Below, one piece after another: positions 54,320 through 63,148 of a DNA stretch of 64,000 nucleotides. A program made the position numbers and the translations under genes. The number at the start of each line of letters is the position of its first letter. Position 1 is the first letter of the stretch. The stretch is from a virus, in IMG/VR virus record IMGVR_UViG_3300036045_000002, positions 16,086 to 80,085 of that record. One strand, 5' to 3'. A model generated the notes under the pieces. It worked only from the letters and a program-made list of their open reading frames with translations, was not told where the DNA came from and did no database searches.

Positions 54320-55235
54320 CGCCCAGGCCATCAACGACCATGAACTCGACCGGTTCCTCGGTGACCACGACGTCCACGGGTGGGAGACGGACACGGAGGT
54401 CGGGGCCGAGAAGACGGTCGAAGTCGGCGGCCGGCTGTGCTACATGAGTTTTGCGAAGCCTCGACCCGGTGGGAACGAGGGGTACATCAAACACCTCCTA
54501 GAGGTCGGTCACGGCTCCGTCCTGGAACACGCCGTCTTCACGGTCGTCATCACCGGGGTGTCCAGGTCGTTCACCCACGAACTCGTCCGGCACCGGGCCG
54601 GGTTCAGCTACTCCCAACTCAGCCAACGGTACGTGGACGAGTCGGTGTGCGAGGTCGTCGTCCCCCACCATCTCAAGGCCGAGATCCTGGCCGCCCAGGC
54701 GTTCGTCGCCATCAGGCAGGCCGGGGACACCTACGAGAAGGTCTTAACCGTAGACCTGATCGACTACTGGTTGACGGCCGACGCCGAGGACTGGAAGGTG
54801 AGCCTGACGGTCCAGGTCCGGATCGGCCTGATGTGGTTACGGAATATGCTCCGCAACAACGAGGACTACAGGATTCTAACCGAGTATCTGGTCGGCAGGC
54901 AGACCGCCGCCGTCCTCAAGGAGTACGGCCTCCAGGCCTCGACCGACCTTCACCAGGAGCAGAGGACCGCCATCCGTAAGGACGCCCGTGGGACGGCCCG
55001 GTCCGTACTCCCCAACGCCACCGAGACGAAGATTCAAGTGACGGCGAACGCCCGGGCCTGGCGGGGGTTTCTCGACCAGCGGGCGACGAAGGCGGCCGAG
55101 GTCGAGGCCCGCAAGGTCGCCCACGAGGTGTGGCACGCCCTGTACCGGGCCGCTCCCCACCTGTTCCAGGACTACGCCGTCCACCGGCTGCCGGACGGGA
55201 CCTTGGCCCTGGAGACGCCGTACAAGAAGGTGTGA
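54282..55235 (+). CDS. thyX: Flavin-dependent thymidylate synthase
   Basis: 'GHGSVLEH', 'SRSFTHELVRHR', 'SQLSQRY', 'ARSVLPN', 'NARAW'. Confidence 0.93.
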   Translation: MRTILNPTVYLLNAQAINDHELDRFLGDHDVHGWETDTEVGAEKTVEVGGRLCYMSFAKPRPGGNEGYIKHLLEVGHGSVLEHAVFTVVITGVSRSFTHELVRHRAGFSYSQLSQRYVDESVCEVVVPHHLKAEILAAQAFVAIRQAGDTYEKVLTVDLIDYWLTADAEDWKVSLTVQVRIGLMWLRNMLRNNEDYRILTEYLVGRQTAAVLKEYGLQASTDLHQEQRTAIRKDARGTARSVLPNATETKIQVTANARAWRGFLDQRATKAAEVEARKVAHEVWHALYRAAPHLFQDYAVHRLPDGTLALETPYKKV

Positions 55236-55236
55236 C

Positions 55237-55467
55237 ATGCTCCTGGAAGTGGTCAACGCGATGACGAAACGGATGGCGCAGGTCACGGACTTCCTGGAGG
55301 GCCTGCCTAACTCCGACCTGGTGAACTTCCGGGCCCTCCACGAGATGATGCCTCTCCGGAAGCTCCAGCTGATGCGGGCCGGCCAGCGAGGCAAGCCGGA
55401 CACCTTGAAGTTCATGAACCACGTCGTCGTCATGAAGTCCTTGTTCGTCCTGTCCGGGAAGGTGTGA
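55237..55467 (+). CDS. Hypothetical protein
   Basis: 76 aa; coupled to neighbouring genes. Confidence 0.5.
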   Translation: MLLEVVNAMTKRMAQVTDFLEGLPNSDLVNFRALHEMMPLRKLQLMRAGQRGKPDTLKFMNHVVVMKSLFVLSGKV

Positions 55468-56942
55468 TGCGCCCAACGACCAGGCAAGCCTACAAGTTCT
55501 TCCACGAAGGCACGAAAGTCCTGTCCAGGATCGAAGGCAACGGCGTCCAGATCGACGTTGGCTACCTGGACAGGACGATCAAGCGGGTCTCGGACGAGAT
55601 CGACCGGAAGACCGAGGCCCTCCGGGAGTCGAAGGTCTACGCCAAGTGGAAGAAGCGGTTCGGCCGGAAGGCCAACCTGGACAGCACCCCGCAACTCGCG
55701 GACGTCCTGTTCAAGGACATGGGGTTCGAGCCGACCGAGTTCACCGAGAAGACGAAGGACCTGGACGAGCACCAGCGCCGGCACAAGACCGACGAATACT
55801 CCCTCCGGAACATCGACCATCCCTTCATCAAGGACTTCTTCTCCGTCCGGAAGCTCAAGAAGGTCCTCGGCACCTACCTCAAAGGCGTCCGCCGGGAGGT
55901 CACGCCGACAGGCCTCCTGCACCCGTCGTACAACCTGGCCGGCGGCCAGACCGACGACCAGAAAGGCGGGGCCGCGTCCTACCGGGGGAGTTCGTCCAAC
56001 CCTAACTTCCAGAACATCCCCATCCGCAACAAGGTCATGGGCGGGCTCATCCGGCCGTGCTTCGTCGCCAGGAAAGGCCGGAGACTGGTCGAGCGGGACT
56101 TCTCCGGCATCGAGGTCCGGGTCAGCGCCTGCTACAACAAGGACCCGAACCTCATCCGGTACATCAACGACAAGTCCACGGACATGCACCGGGACGAGGC
56201 GTGCGAACTGTTCATCCTCAAGCCGGACCAAGTGGTCAAGGGGACGACGCGGGACGCCTCTAAGAACATGTGGGTCTTCCCACAATTCTACGGCAGCGTC
56301 TGGTTCCAGTGCGCCCCGCCGATCTGGGAGGCGATGGACCGGCGGGACTTCCGGGTCGGCGAGTCCGGGATCACGATCCGGGAGCACCTCAGGAGGCACG
56401 GCATTACCGAACTCGGGGAGTGCGACCCGGAGAAGGGCGAGCCGGGAAAGGGGACGTTCGCCCGCCACCTGATGCAGGCCGAGAAGAAGCTCTGGAACGA
56501 CCGGTTCCCGGTCTACACGAAGTGGAAGAAGGACTTCTACAACCGGTACCTGGAGCGCGGGTACTTCGACCTGTACACCGGGTTCAGGTGCGCCGGCCTG
56601 TTCCGCCGCAACCAGGTCATCAACTTCCCGGTCCAGGGGGCCGCGTTCCACTGCCTGCTCTGGACGCTCATCGAGATCCAGAAGGAGATCGACCGACGCC
56701 GGATGCGGACTCTCCTGGTCGGCGAAATCCACGACTCGTTCTTCGGCGACTGCCCGGAGGACGAGGTCCAGGAGTACCTGGACCTGACGGGCGAGATCGC
56801 GGAGGAGAGGCTGCCCAAGGCGTGGGACTGGATCAACGTGCCGATCGAGACCGAGGTGGACGTCGTCCCGGCCGGGAAGTCGTGGTACGACAAGGAGCAG
56901 TGGGTCAGGAACGCCAAGGGCGTGTGGGAGGCCAAGGCGTGA
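55464..56942 (+). CDS. polA: Family A DNA polymerase, polymerase domain only
   Basis: 'SSSNPNFQNIP', motif A 'DFSGIEVR', motif B 'K....FPQFYG', 'NFPVQG', motif C 'IHDS'. Confidence 0.92.
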   Translation: MMRPTTRQAYKFFHEGTKVLSRIEGNGVQIDVGYLDRTIKRVSDEIDRKTEALRESKVYAKWKKRFGRKANLDSTPQLADVLFKDMGFEPTEFTEKTKDLDEHQRRHKTDEYSLRNIDHPFIKDFFSVRKLKKVLGTYLKGVRREVTPTGLLHPSYNLAGGQTDDQKGGAASYRGSSSNPNFQNIPIRNKVMGGLIRPCFVARKGRRLVERDFSGIEVRVSACYNKDPNLIRYINDKSTDMHRDEACELFILKPDQVVKGTTRDASKNMWVFPQFYGSVWFQCAPPIWEAMDRRDFRVGESGITIREHLRRHGITELGECDPEKGEPGKGTFARHLMQAEKKLWNDRFPVYTKWKKDFYNRYLERGYFDLYTGFRCAGLFRRNQVINFPVQGAAFHCLLWTLIEIQKEIDRRRMRTLLVGEIHDSFFGDCPEDEVQEYLDLTGEIAEERLPKAWDWINVPIETEVDVVPAGKSWYDKEQWVRNAKGVWEAKA

Positions 56943-57679
56943 GGAAGTTCAAATTCGACAAAGGCGTGTTGGTCAACGCCGACTGCCTGGACGTCCTCCG
57001 TCACGTCCGCGAGAACTCGGTGGACCTCATATTCGCCGACCCGCCGTTCAACGTCGGCTACAAGTACGACCGGTACGACGACAGGCGGGACCCCGACGAA
57101 TACCTGTCCTGGTGCGAGAAGTGGATCGCGGCCTGCTGGCAGTGCCTGAGGCCGTCCGGGTCGATCTTCGTCGCCATCGGGGACGAGTTCGCCGGGCACT
57201 TCAAGGTAATCCTGGACACGTTCTTCGACCCGCGGAACTGGATCGTCTGGCACTACACGTTCGGGGTATACTGCGACACCAAGTTCGGGCGTGGCCACGC
57301 CCACGTCTTCTACCACACCAAGGGCAAGAAGGGGTTCACCTGGAATCCGGACGAGATCCGGGAGCCGTCGGCCAGGCAACTCAAGTACAACGACAAGCGG
57401 GCCAACCCCAAGGGCCGAGTCCCGTGCGACGTTTGGAACTTCCCGCGGGTGTGCGGGACGTTCAAGGAGCGGACAGGACACCCGTGCCAGATGCCGGAAT
57501 CGCTCCTCGAACGGATCGTCAAGGTCTCGTCCAACCCGAACGACGTGGTCCTAGACCCGTTCGCCGGCAGCGGGACGACCCTGGCCGTCGCGAACAAACT
57601 CGGCCGACGGTTTATCGGGTGCGAGATTTCCGACGCCTACGCCCGCTCCGCAGCGATCCGAATTCGACGGGGGCGATGA
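56939..57679 (+). CDS. N6-adenine/N4-cytosine DNA methyltransferase (beta class)
   Basis: 'DPPFN', 'HPCQMP', 'DPFAGSGTT'. Confidence 0.9.
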   Translation: MRKFKFDKGVLVNADCLDVLRHVRENSVDLIFADPPFNVGYKYDRYDDRRDPDEYLSWCEKWIAACWQCLRPSGSIFVAIGDEFAGHFKVILDTFFDPRNWIVWHYTFGVYCDTKFGRGHAHVFYHTKGKKGFTWNPDEIREPSARQLKYNDKRANPKGRVPCDVWNFPRVCGTFKERTGHPCQMPESLLERIVKVSSNPNDVVLDPFAGSGTTLAVANKLGRRFIGCEISDAYARSAAIRIRRGR

Positions 57680-57738
57680 TGCGTCTGCCGTCCGGGAGTC
57701 GCGTCTCGGGCGAAAGGCGACTCGTTTCCGGACTCGTC

Positions 57739-58143
57739 ATGCGAATCATCATCGTCGGGCCCCTGGAGTTTGATGACTGGCCGTGCGTCCGAGACAACCT
57801 GGACAGGCTGACCAAGAGGCTGAAGACTGTCGAACTGGTGACGGACGCCCGGCCCGGACTCGAATACCACGTCAACCCGTCCAGCTTTCCGGTCGCCGAG
57901 CAGTGGTTGACTTACCGGTGGCGCAGGTCGGCGGCTGCTGGCTTCCCCGAGAGGTTCTGCAAGACCAACAGGCACTTCGCGGACGAGGTCACCTGGGACG
58001 TCAAGGGGCAACGGCTGGAGATGGTGAGCAACGCCGACGCCCTGATCGCGTTCTGGGACTCAGGAAACGTGGACGAACACGTCGCGGAACTGGCCAAGCT
58101 GGCCGCATTCTACGACCTGAAGGTCAGGAAGGTGCTGGTGTGA
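57739..58143 (+). CDS. SLOG/YspA-like protein
   Basis: 'MRIIIVG...FDD', 'ADALIAFWD'. Confidence 0.6.
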   Translation: MRIIIVGPLEFDDWPCVRDNLDRLTKRLKTVELVTDARPGLEYHVNPSSFPVAEQWLTYRWRRSAAAGFPERFCKTNRHFADEVTWDVKGQRLEMVSNADALIAFWDSGNVDEHVAELAKLAAFYDLKVRKVLV

Positions 58144-58448
58144 TCTACGAATCTATGACCAGGTTGTACGTCGGCCCGTGGGTCGTCCGGGTCTGGCGGA
58201 CGGAGACCGAACTGCAGGTCTTTTACCGAAATGACGACCTGGTCAAGGCCGGCCGGCTGTTGAACCTCCAGTACACCATGTACAGCAACGGCTGGCCGGA
58301 TTACGACTGGAAACCCGGCAAACCGATCATAGACTGGTCGATGAAGTTCGTCGCCGAGGAGTTTGCCAAATTCGACCGGGTGAGCGCCCTAGAGGTGACT
58401 GAGAAAACGTCCGGGTGCGGGGTCGTCATCTACGTGGAGTGGCCGTGA
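58140..58448 (+). CDS. Hypothetical protein
   Basis: GTG overlaps the upstream stop. Confidence 0.5.
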   Translation: MIYESMTRLYVGPWVVRVWRTETELQVFYRNDDLVKAGRLLNLQYTMYSNGWPDYDWKPGKPIIDWSMKFVAEEFAKFDRVSALEVTEKTSGCGVVIYVEWP

Positions 58449-58450
58449 CC

Positions 58451-59389
58451 ATGGAACTTTATCGCAAGTATAGGCCGAAGAAGTTCGCCGACGTCCTGGG
58501 GCAGGACGAGTCCGTCAAGGCCCTCAAGGAGATGATAGCCGCCAAGGACGTCCCCCACGCCCTCCTGTTCACCGGCCCGAGCGGGACCGGGAAGACGACG
58601 CTGGCCCGCATCCTGGCCAGGACGTTGGGGGCCGACAACCCGTTCGACCTGAAGGAGTTCAACGCCGCCAACGAGAACGGGGTCGCCGTCGTCCGCCGGA
58701 TCGACACGATGACCAACAGCGCCCCGATGATGGGCCGGTGCCGGGCGTTCATCATGGACGAGGCCCACGAACTGACCAGGAACGCCCAGGAGGCCTTCCT
58801 GAAGACCCTGGAGGAGTGCCCGGCCCACGCATACGTCATGCTCTGCACGACCGACCCGAAGGGCCTGATCCCGACCGTCCAGACCAGGTGTACGCAGTTC
58901 CGGTTGGCCGCCATCGACAAGGGCGAGATGTGCAAGATCCTGGCCCGCGTGGTCGAGAAGGAGACGACCTCGGACAGGTACCCGGCGGAGGAGGTCCTGG
59001 AGGCCATCGCCGACGTGTCCGACGGGTCGGCCCGGCACGCCATCAACGTCTTGGGCAAGGTGCTGAAGCTGGAAACGGTCGAGGAGATGCTGGAGGCGGT
59101 CGAGAAGTCCTCGACCAGGACGCAGGCGTTCGACCTGGTCAAGCTCCTGATGGGGTGGGGCGGGCCGCAGAAGCCGAAGTGGCCGCAGGTGAAGAAGGTC
59201 CTGGAGGGTCTGGAGGGCGAGGAGGCCGAGGGAATCCGGCGGCTCGTCCTGAAGTGCCTGGTCAAGGAGGCCTTGAAAGGCGGGAAGTCCACGACCCGGG
59301 CGGCCCACGTCTACGACGCCTTCCGGGACATGTTCGTGTCCGGCTACGCCGACCTGGTGTTCGCCTGCGCCGCCGTCTGCCAGCAGTAG
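58451..59389 (+). CDS. Clamp loader, DnaX (gamma/tau)-like
   Basis: 'LYRKYRP..F.DVLGQ', GPSGTGKTT, 'MDEAH', 'LKTLEE', 'CTT', 'TRC'. Confidence 0.9.
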   Translation: MELYRKYRPKKFADVLGQDESVKALKEMIAAKDVPHALLFTGPSGTGKTTLARILARTLGADNPFDLKEFNAANENGVAVVRRIDTMTNSAPMMGRCRAFIMDEAHELTRNAQEAFLKTLEECPAHAYVMLCTTDPKGLIPTVQTRCTQFRLAAIDKGEMCKILARVVEKETTSDRYPAEEVLEAIADVSDGSARHAINVLGKVLKLETVEEMLEAVEKSSTRTQAFDLVKLLMGWGGPQKPKWPQVKKVLEGLEGEEAEGIRRLVLKCLVKEALKGGKSTTRAAHVYDAFRDMFVSGYADLVFACAAVCQQ

Positions 59390-59429
59390 CGGACCCCGAC
59401 AATGCGTGTGAGAAAGGAGGGCCGTCCAA

Positions 59430-59903
59430 GTGCCCGCGTTCGAGGAAATCGACCTGGCCAGGCTGGAGGAGCACTGGGTCGAACACCCGAAGCTCTACCA
59501 GCAGTACGCCGACATGCTCGCCCAGGCCAAGAAGAAGCAGGACGAGGCCAACCGGCTGTTTGAACTCGCGGAGGCGGACGCGAAGATGACCGTCCGCAAG
59601 AACCCGGCCAAGTACGGGGTGACGAAGCTGACGGACGGGGCCGTCAAGGAGGTGTACGTCAAGGTCCGGGCGTACCAGGACGCCTTGCTGGCCGTGAACA
59701 AGGCCAAGCACCGGGTGGACGTCCTGGTCGCCGCCATCAACTCACTGGAGCACCGGAAGCGGGCCCTGGAGAACCTGGTCACCCTGTTCGGCCAGAACTA
59801 CTTCTCCAGGCCCCAGGTGTCGAAAGCGGCCAACTCCAAGTTCCTGGAGGACGCCGACCACCGGAAGGACAAGGCGTCCGTGACCCGCAAGCGGAAGATT
59901 TGA
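59430..59903 (+). CDS. UvsY-like recombination mediator (putative)
   Basis: All-helical 157 aa upstream of SSB and RecA; 'K.TDGAV...' pattern. Confidence 0.5.
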   Translation: MPAFEEIDLARLEEHWVEHPKLYQQYADMLAQAKKKQDEANRLFELAEADAKMTVRKNPAKYGVTKLTDGAVKEVYVKVRAYQDALLAVNKAKHRVDVLVAAINSLEHRKRALENLVTLFGQNYFSRPQVSKAANSKFLEDADHRKDKASVTRKRKI

Positions 59904-59936
59904 CCCTCAACCACGACAGCGCCGAGGAGACGAGAC

Positions 59937-61367
59937 ATGGCCAAGACCAAGCGGCAGCGCGAGAAGACGAAGATCGCCTACACCAGGACGAAGGACTGGG
60001 TCGAGAACCAGGACAGCGGGTACGAGACGACCAGCTTCACCGCCCCCGAGGGCATGACCGTCTACCGCTGGAAGAAGGGCCGGAACGTCCTCGACTTCAT
60101 GCCGTTCCGCGTCGGGAGCAACAACCCGAACGCCGACGAGGGCAGCGTCCACTGGGAGCGGACGTACTTCACCCACAGCATCCCGACCCCCGACGGCGAC
60201 CGGAAGTACGCCTGCCTGGCGAAAAACTTCGGGAAGAAGTGCCCGGTGTGCGTCGAGGTCGCCAAGATGCGTCGCCGGCCGGGCGCGGACGACGAGTCGC
60301 TGAAGAAGATGGAGCCGAAGAAGCGGCGGCTGTTCTTCGTCATCGACCGGTTCGACAAGGAGAAGGGCATCCAGGTCCTGGAGACGGCCCACTTCAAGTC
60401 CTTCGGCGAGATGTTCCAGGACTACCTGGACGCGGCGGCCGACGACAGCCCGTTCCTCGACTTCTTCCACCTCGAGGACGGCATGACGGTGGACGTGAAC
60501 TGCAAGGAGGACAGCTACAACGGTCGGAAGTTCAACAAGCCGACCGTCATCCAGTTCGTCCCCCGGAAGACGCAGTACGAGGACGACATGCTGGACGAGA
60601 TCCCGTCGCTGGACGACGTCCCGCGGGAGCTGACCTACGAGGAGCTCCGGAACATCTTCCTCCAGGAGGAGCCCGAGGAGGAGAAGCCGAAGGTCAGGCC
60701 GAAGAAGAAGTCTCAGGACGCCGTGGACTCGTTCGGGGACGAGGAGGACGAAGATGAAGAGGACGATGACGGAGATTCGGAAGGCGACGGCGAGGAAGAT
60801 GATGAGGACGCCGAGGACGACGGCGACTCCGGCACCGAAGACGACGAAGAGGAGTCCGAAGACGAAGATGGTGAGTCCGACGAAATCGCCGTCGGCGACA
60901 CCGTGACCTTCGTCAAGAAGAAGAAGGAGCGGACCGGCGAGGTCGTCAAGCTCAACAAGAAGACCGGCGTGGCCCTGGTCAAGGTTGACTACCAGGACCG
61001 GCCGGACGCCATCGACATCGACGACCTGACCAAGGTCGAGGCGGACGAGATCATCATCCAGGACGACGAGGAAGAGCCCGAGCCGAAGAAGAAGGGCAAG
61101 AAGAAGGCGAAGCCGGTCGAGGAGGACGACGAGGACGAGGTCCTGGACGAGGAGGACACGGAAGACGAGGACGAAGAACCGGCCCCCAAGAAGGCCAAGA
61201 AGAAGATGGACAAGCCCAAGGTCGAGGACGACGAGGACGACGAGGACGACGAGGACGACGAGGACGACGAGGACGACCTGCCGTTCGACGACGAGGACGA
61301 CGAGGACGACGATGAGCCCGAGCCGCCGAAGAAGAAGCCGAAGCTCCGCAAGCGGACCGACGACTGA
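59937..61367 (+). CDS. gp32-like single-stranded DNA-binding protein with a very long acidic tail
   Basis: 'YFTH', 'C...FGKKCPVC'; acidic C-terminal half ending ...DDLPFDD... Confidence 0.7.
   Translation: MAKTKRQREKTKIAYTRTKDWVENQDSGYETTSFTAPEGMTVYRWKKGRNVLDFMPFRVGSNNPNADEGSVHWERTYFTHSIPTPDGDRKYACLAKNFGKKCPVCVEVAKMRRRPGADDESLKKMEPKKRRLFFVIDRFDKEKGIQVLETAHFKSFGEMFQDYLDAAADDSPFLDFFHLEDGMTVDVNCKEDSYNGRKFNKPTVIQFVPRKTQYEDDMLDEIPSLDDVPRELTYEELRNIFLQEEPEEEKPKVRPKKKSQDAVDSFGDEEDEDEEDDDGDSEGDGEEDDEDAEDDGDSGTEDDEEESEDEDGESDEIAVGDTVTFVKKKKERTGEVVKLNKKTGVALVKVDYQDRPDAIDIDDLTKVEADEIIIQDDEEEPEPKKKGKKKAKPVEEDDEDEVLDEEDTEDEDEEPAPKKAKKKMDKPKVEDDEDDEDDEDDEDDEDDLPFDDEDDEDDDEPEPPKKKPKLRKRTDD
61224..61277. repeat. 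(GAGGACGAC)x6 tandem repeat encoding EDD
   Basis: Directly visible. Confidence 0.9.
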
Positions 61368-61377
61368 CCCCCTCGCC

Positions 61378-61416
61378 TGACGCCAGGCCTCGGAAAGGGC
61401 CTGGCGTCACTCCTTT
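61378..61416 (+). terminator. Hairpin after the SSB gene
   Basis: tgacgccaggcc...ggcctggcgtca followed by ctccttt. Confidence 0.55.
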
Positions 61417-61424
61417 CGAGCGCC

Positions 61425-62531
61425 ATGAAAACGAACGACATCAAGGTTGCCATGGGCAAGAAGCCGGACAGGATCGTCGCCATCGCACCGCAGGACTGGT
61501 GCAACTCCGGGTTGACGAACTTGAACCTGGCGTGCTCCGGACACCCCGAACGGGGCCTGGCCAAAGGCATCTACTACAACTACGTCGGCGACAGTTCGGC
61601 CGGCAAGACCTGGCTGCTCATGACGAACATGGCCGAGATGGCCAAGGACCCCAAGTTCGACAGGTACGACCTGGTGTTCGACAACGCCGAGAACGGGGCG
61701 TTGATGGACGTCAGGAAGCAGTTCGGCAGGAAGCTCGCCGGGCGACTACGCCCGCTCGGAGGAACCCGTGAGAACCCCAAGCCGTCGCGCTGCCTGGAGG
61801 AGTTTTACGACCGACTGGACGATCTCCACGCCTCTGGCCGTCCGTACTTCGTGGGGCTCGACAGCATGGACGTACTGGTGCCTCGTGCCGACCTGAAGCA
61901 CCTGAGGAAGACGCGGGCCGCGTCCGAGTCCGGGAAGGAGGCCGGCGGGAGTTACGGCACGGACAAGGCCAAGATCAACTCGGCCCGGCTGCGGGTCGCG
62001 TCGGCCAGGTTGAAGGAGACCGGGTCCATCCTGGTCGTCATTTCCCAGACCCGCCACAACATCGGGTTCGGGGCGCAGTTCAACCCGAAGACGATGGCCG
62101 GCGGCGACGCCCTGAAGTTCTACGCCAGACTCCAACTCTGGCTGTCGGTCGTCGGGAGCGAGACCGAGAAGTTCGGGTCGGAGAAGGTGAAGGTCGGCCA
62201 GTTCGTCCGGGCGAAGATCACCAAGAACCACCTGAGCGGGTGGGAGGGGACGCTGACCTTCCCGCTGTTCAAGGGCGTGGGGATTGACGACGTTGGGGCG
62301 TGCGTGGACTACCTGGTCAGTCACGGTCACTGGTTGAAGGACGGCAAGTCCTTCAACCCACTGGTCGGCAAGATCACCGTCCCGGAGTGGGACGTGAAAA
62401 AGCGGCGGGAAGACCTGGTCAGGTACGTCGAAGCCATGGACAAGGAGGACGAACTCAGGTCGCTGGTGACGACGGTGTGGCAAGAAATCGAGACCAAGAC
62501 CACACTCAAGAGGAAGAGCCGCTATGAGTAA
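61425..62531 (+). CDS. recA: RecA/UvsX recombinase
   Basis: 'GDSSAGKT', 'DNAEN', 'LDS', 'ISQTR', 'GGDALKFYA', 'KN'. Confidence 0.88.
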   Translation: MKTNDIKVAMGKKPDRIVAIAPQDWCNSGLTNLNLACSGHPERGLAKGIYYNYVGDSSAGKTWLLMTNMAEMAKDPKFDRYDLVFDNAENGALMDVRKQFGRKLAGRLRPLGGTRENPKPSRCLEEFYDRLDDLHASGRPYFVGLDSMDVLVPRADLKHLRKTRAASESGKEAGGSYGTDKAKINSARLRVASARLKETGSILVVISQTRHNIGFGAQFNPKTMAGGDALKFYARLQLWLSVVGSETEKFGSEKVKVGQFVRAKITKNHLSGWEGTLTFPLFKGVGIDDVGACVDYLVSHGHWLKDGKSFNPLVGKITVPEWDVKKRREDLVRYVEAMDKEDELRSLVTTVWQEIETKTTLKRKSRYE

Positions 62532-63036
62532 ACCCAAATCGACGGACAAGAAGTACGATGTCTACCGAAAAGACTTCCACGTGAAACCGGGTAGCTCAGA
62601 CGGCGGGGAAAGGTGGGAGCCGAGACAGGTGGTGAGCGCCATTGCTCACCGGGTTCGTGGCCGGTCTGACGCTTGGATCGCGGAGGAGGTCGGTCGAGAA
62701 GTGGACTCGGTCCATCGCTTCCTCTGGGGAATCTTCGACAACCCCGGGTACGACGAGAACGGCAAAAGGTCGTCAGTTCTCAAGAATCTCCTCAAGGATA
62801 AACTCCCGCCGTCGCCTCTAGACCCGGACCGGATTCTTACCGAGGCCGAATCCAACCTGCTGATTAAGATGATCGACAGGAAGAAAAAGGGCCGGCAGTC
62901 TATGGTCCTGTGGAAGAGAGGTCACACTAAGAGGACACTGAGGCTTATCTTCAACCTCACCAACGAACGCCTGCGCGAACTGGAGATGCTGAAGGACGGA
63001 CGTTTTAGATCCATGTTCGACACCCTCCCGGATTGA
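62524..63036 (+). CDS. Hypothetical protein (possible HTH)
   Basis: 'SDAWIAEEVGREVDSVH'. Confidence 0.55.
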   Translation: MSKPKSTDKKYDVYRKDFHVKPGSSDGGERWEPRQVVSAIAHRVRGRSDAWIAEEVGREVDSVHRFLWGIFDNPGYDENGKRSSVLKNLLKDKLPPSPLDPDRILTEAESNLLIKMIDRKKKGRQSMVLWKRGHTKRTLRLIFNLTNERLRELEMLKDGRFRSMFDTLPD

Positions 63037-63148
63037 GTGACCCTGAAGAAGTCGGTACAAAAGTGCCCTTGAACACGTCAGAATTTCCAGATAAGCTCCT
63101 AAAGGCAGATTGGTAGCCCGAAGGTTCCTTCGCCCGGAGGGGCTTCCG

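Noticed and set aside
54690-54960. Possible intein in ThyX (TerL, NrdJ, Pol and the helicases were also checked)
   Set aside because: The insert is short and lacks intein N-terminal and His-Asn C-terminal signatures; more likely a variable helical region
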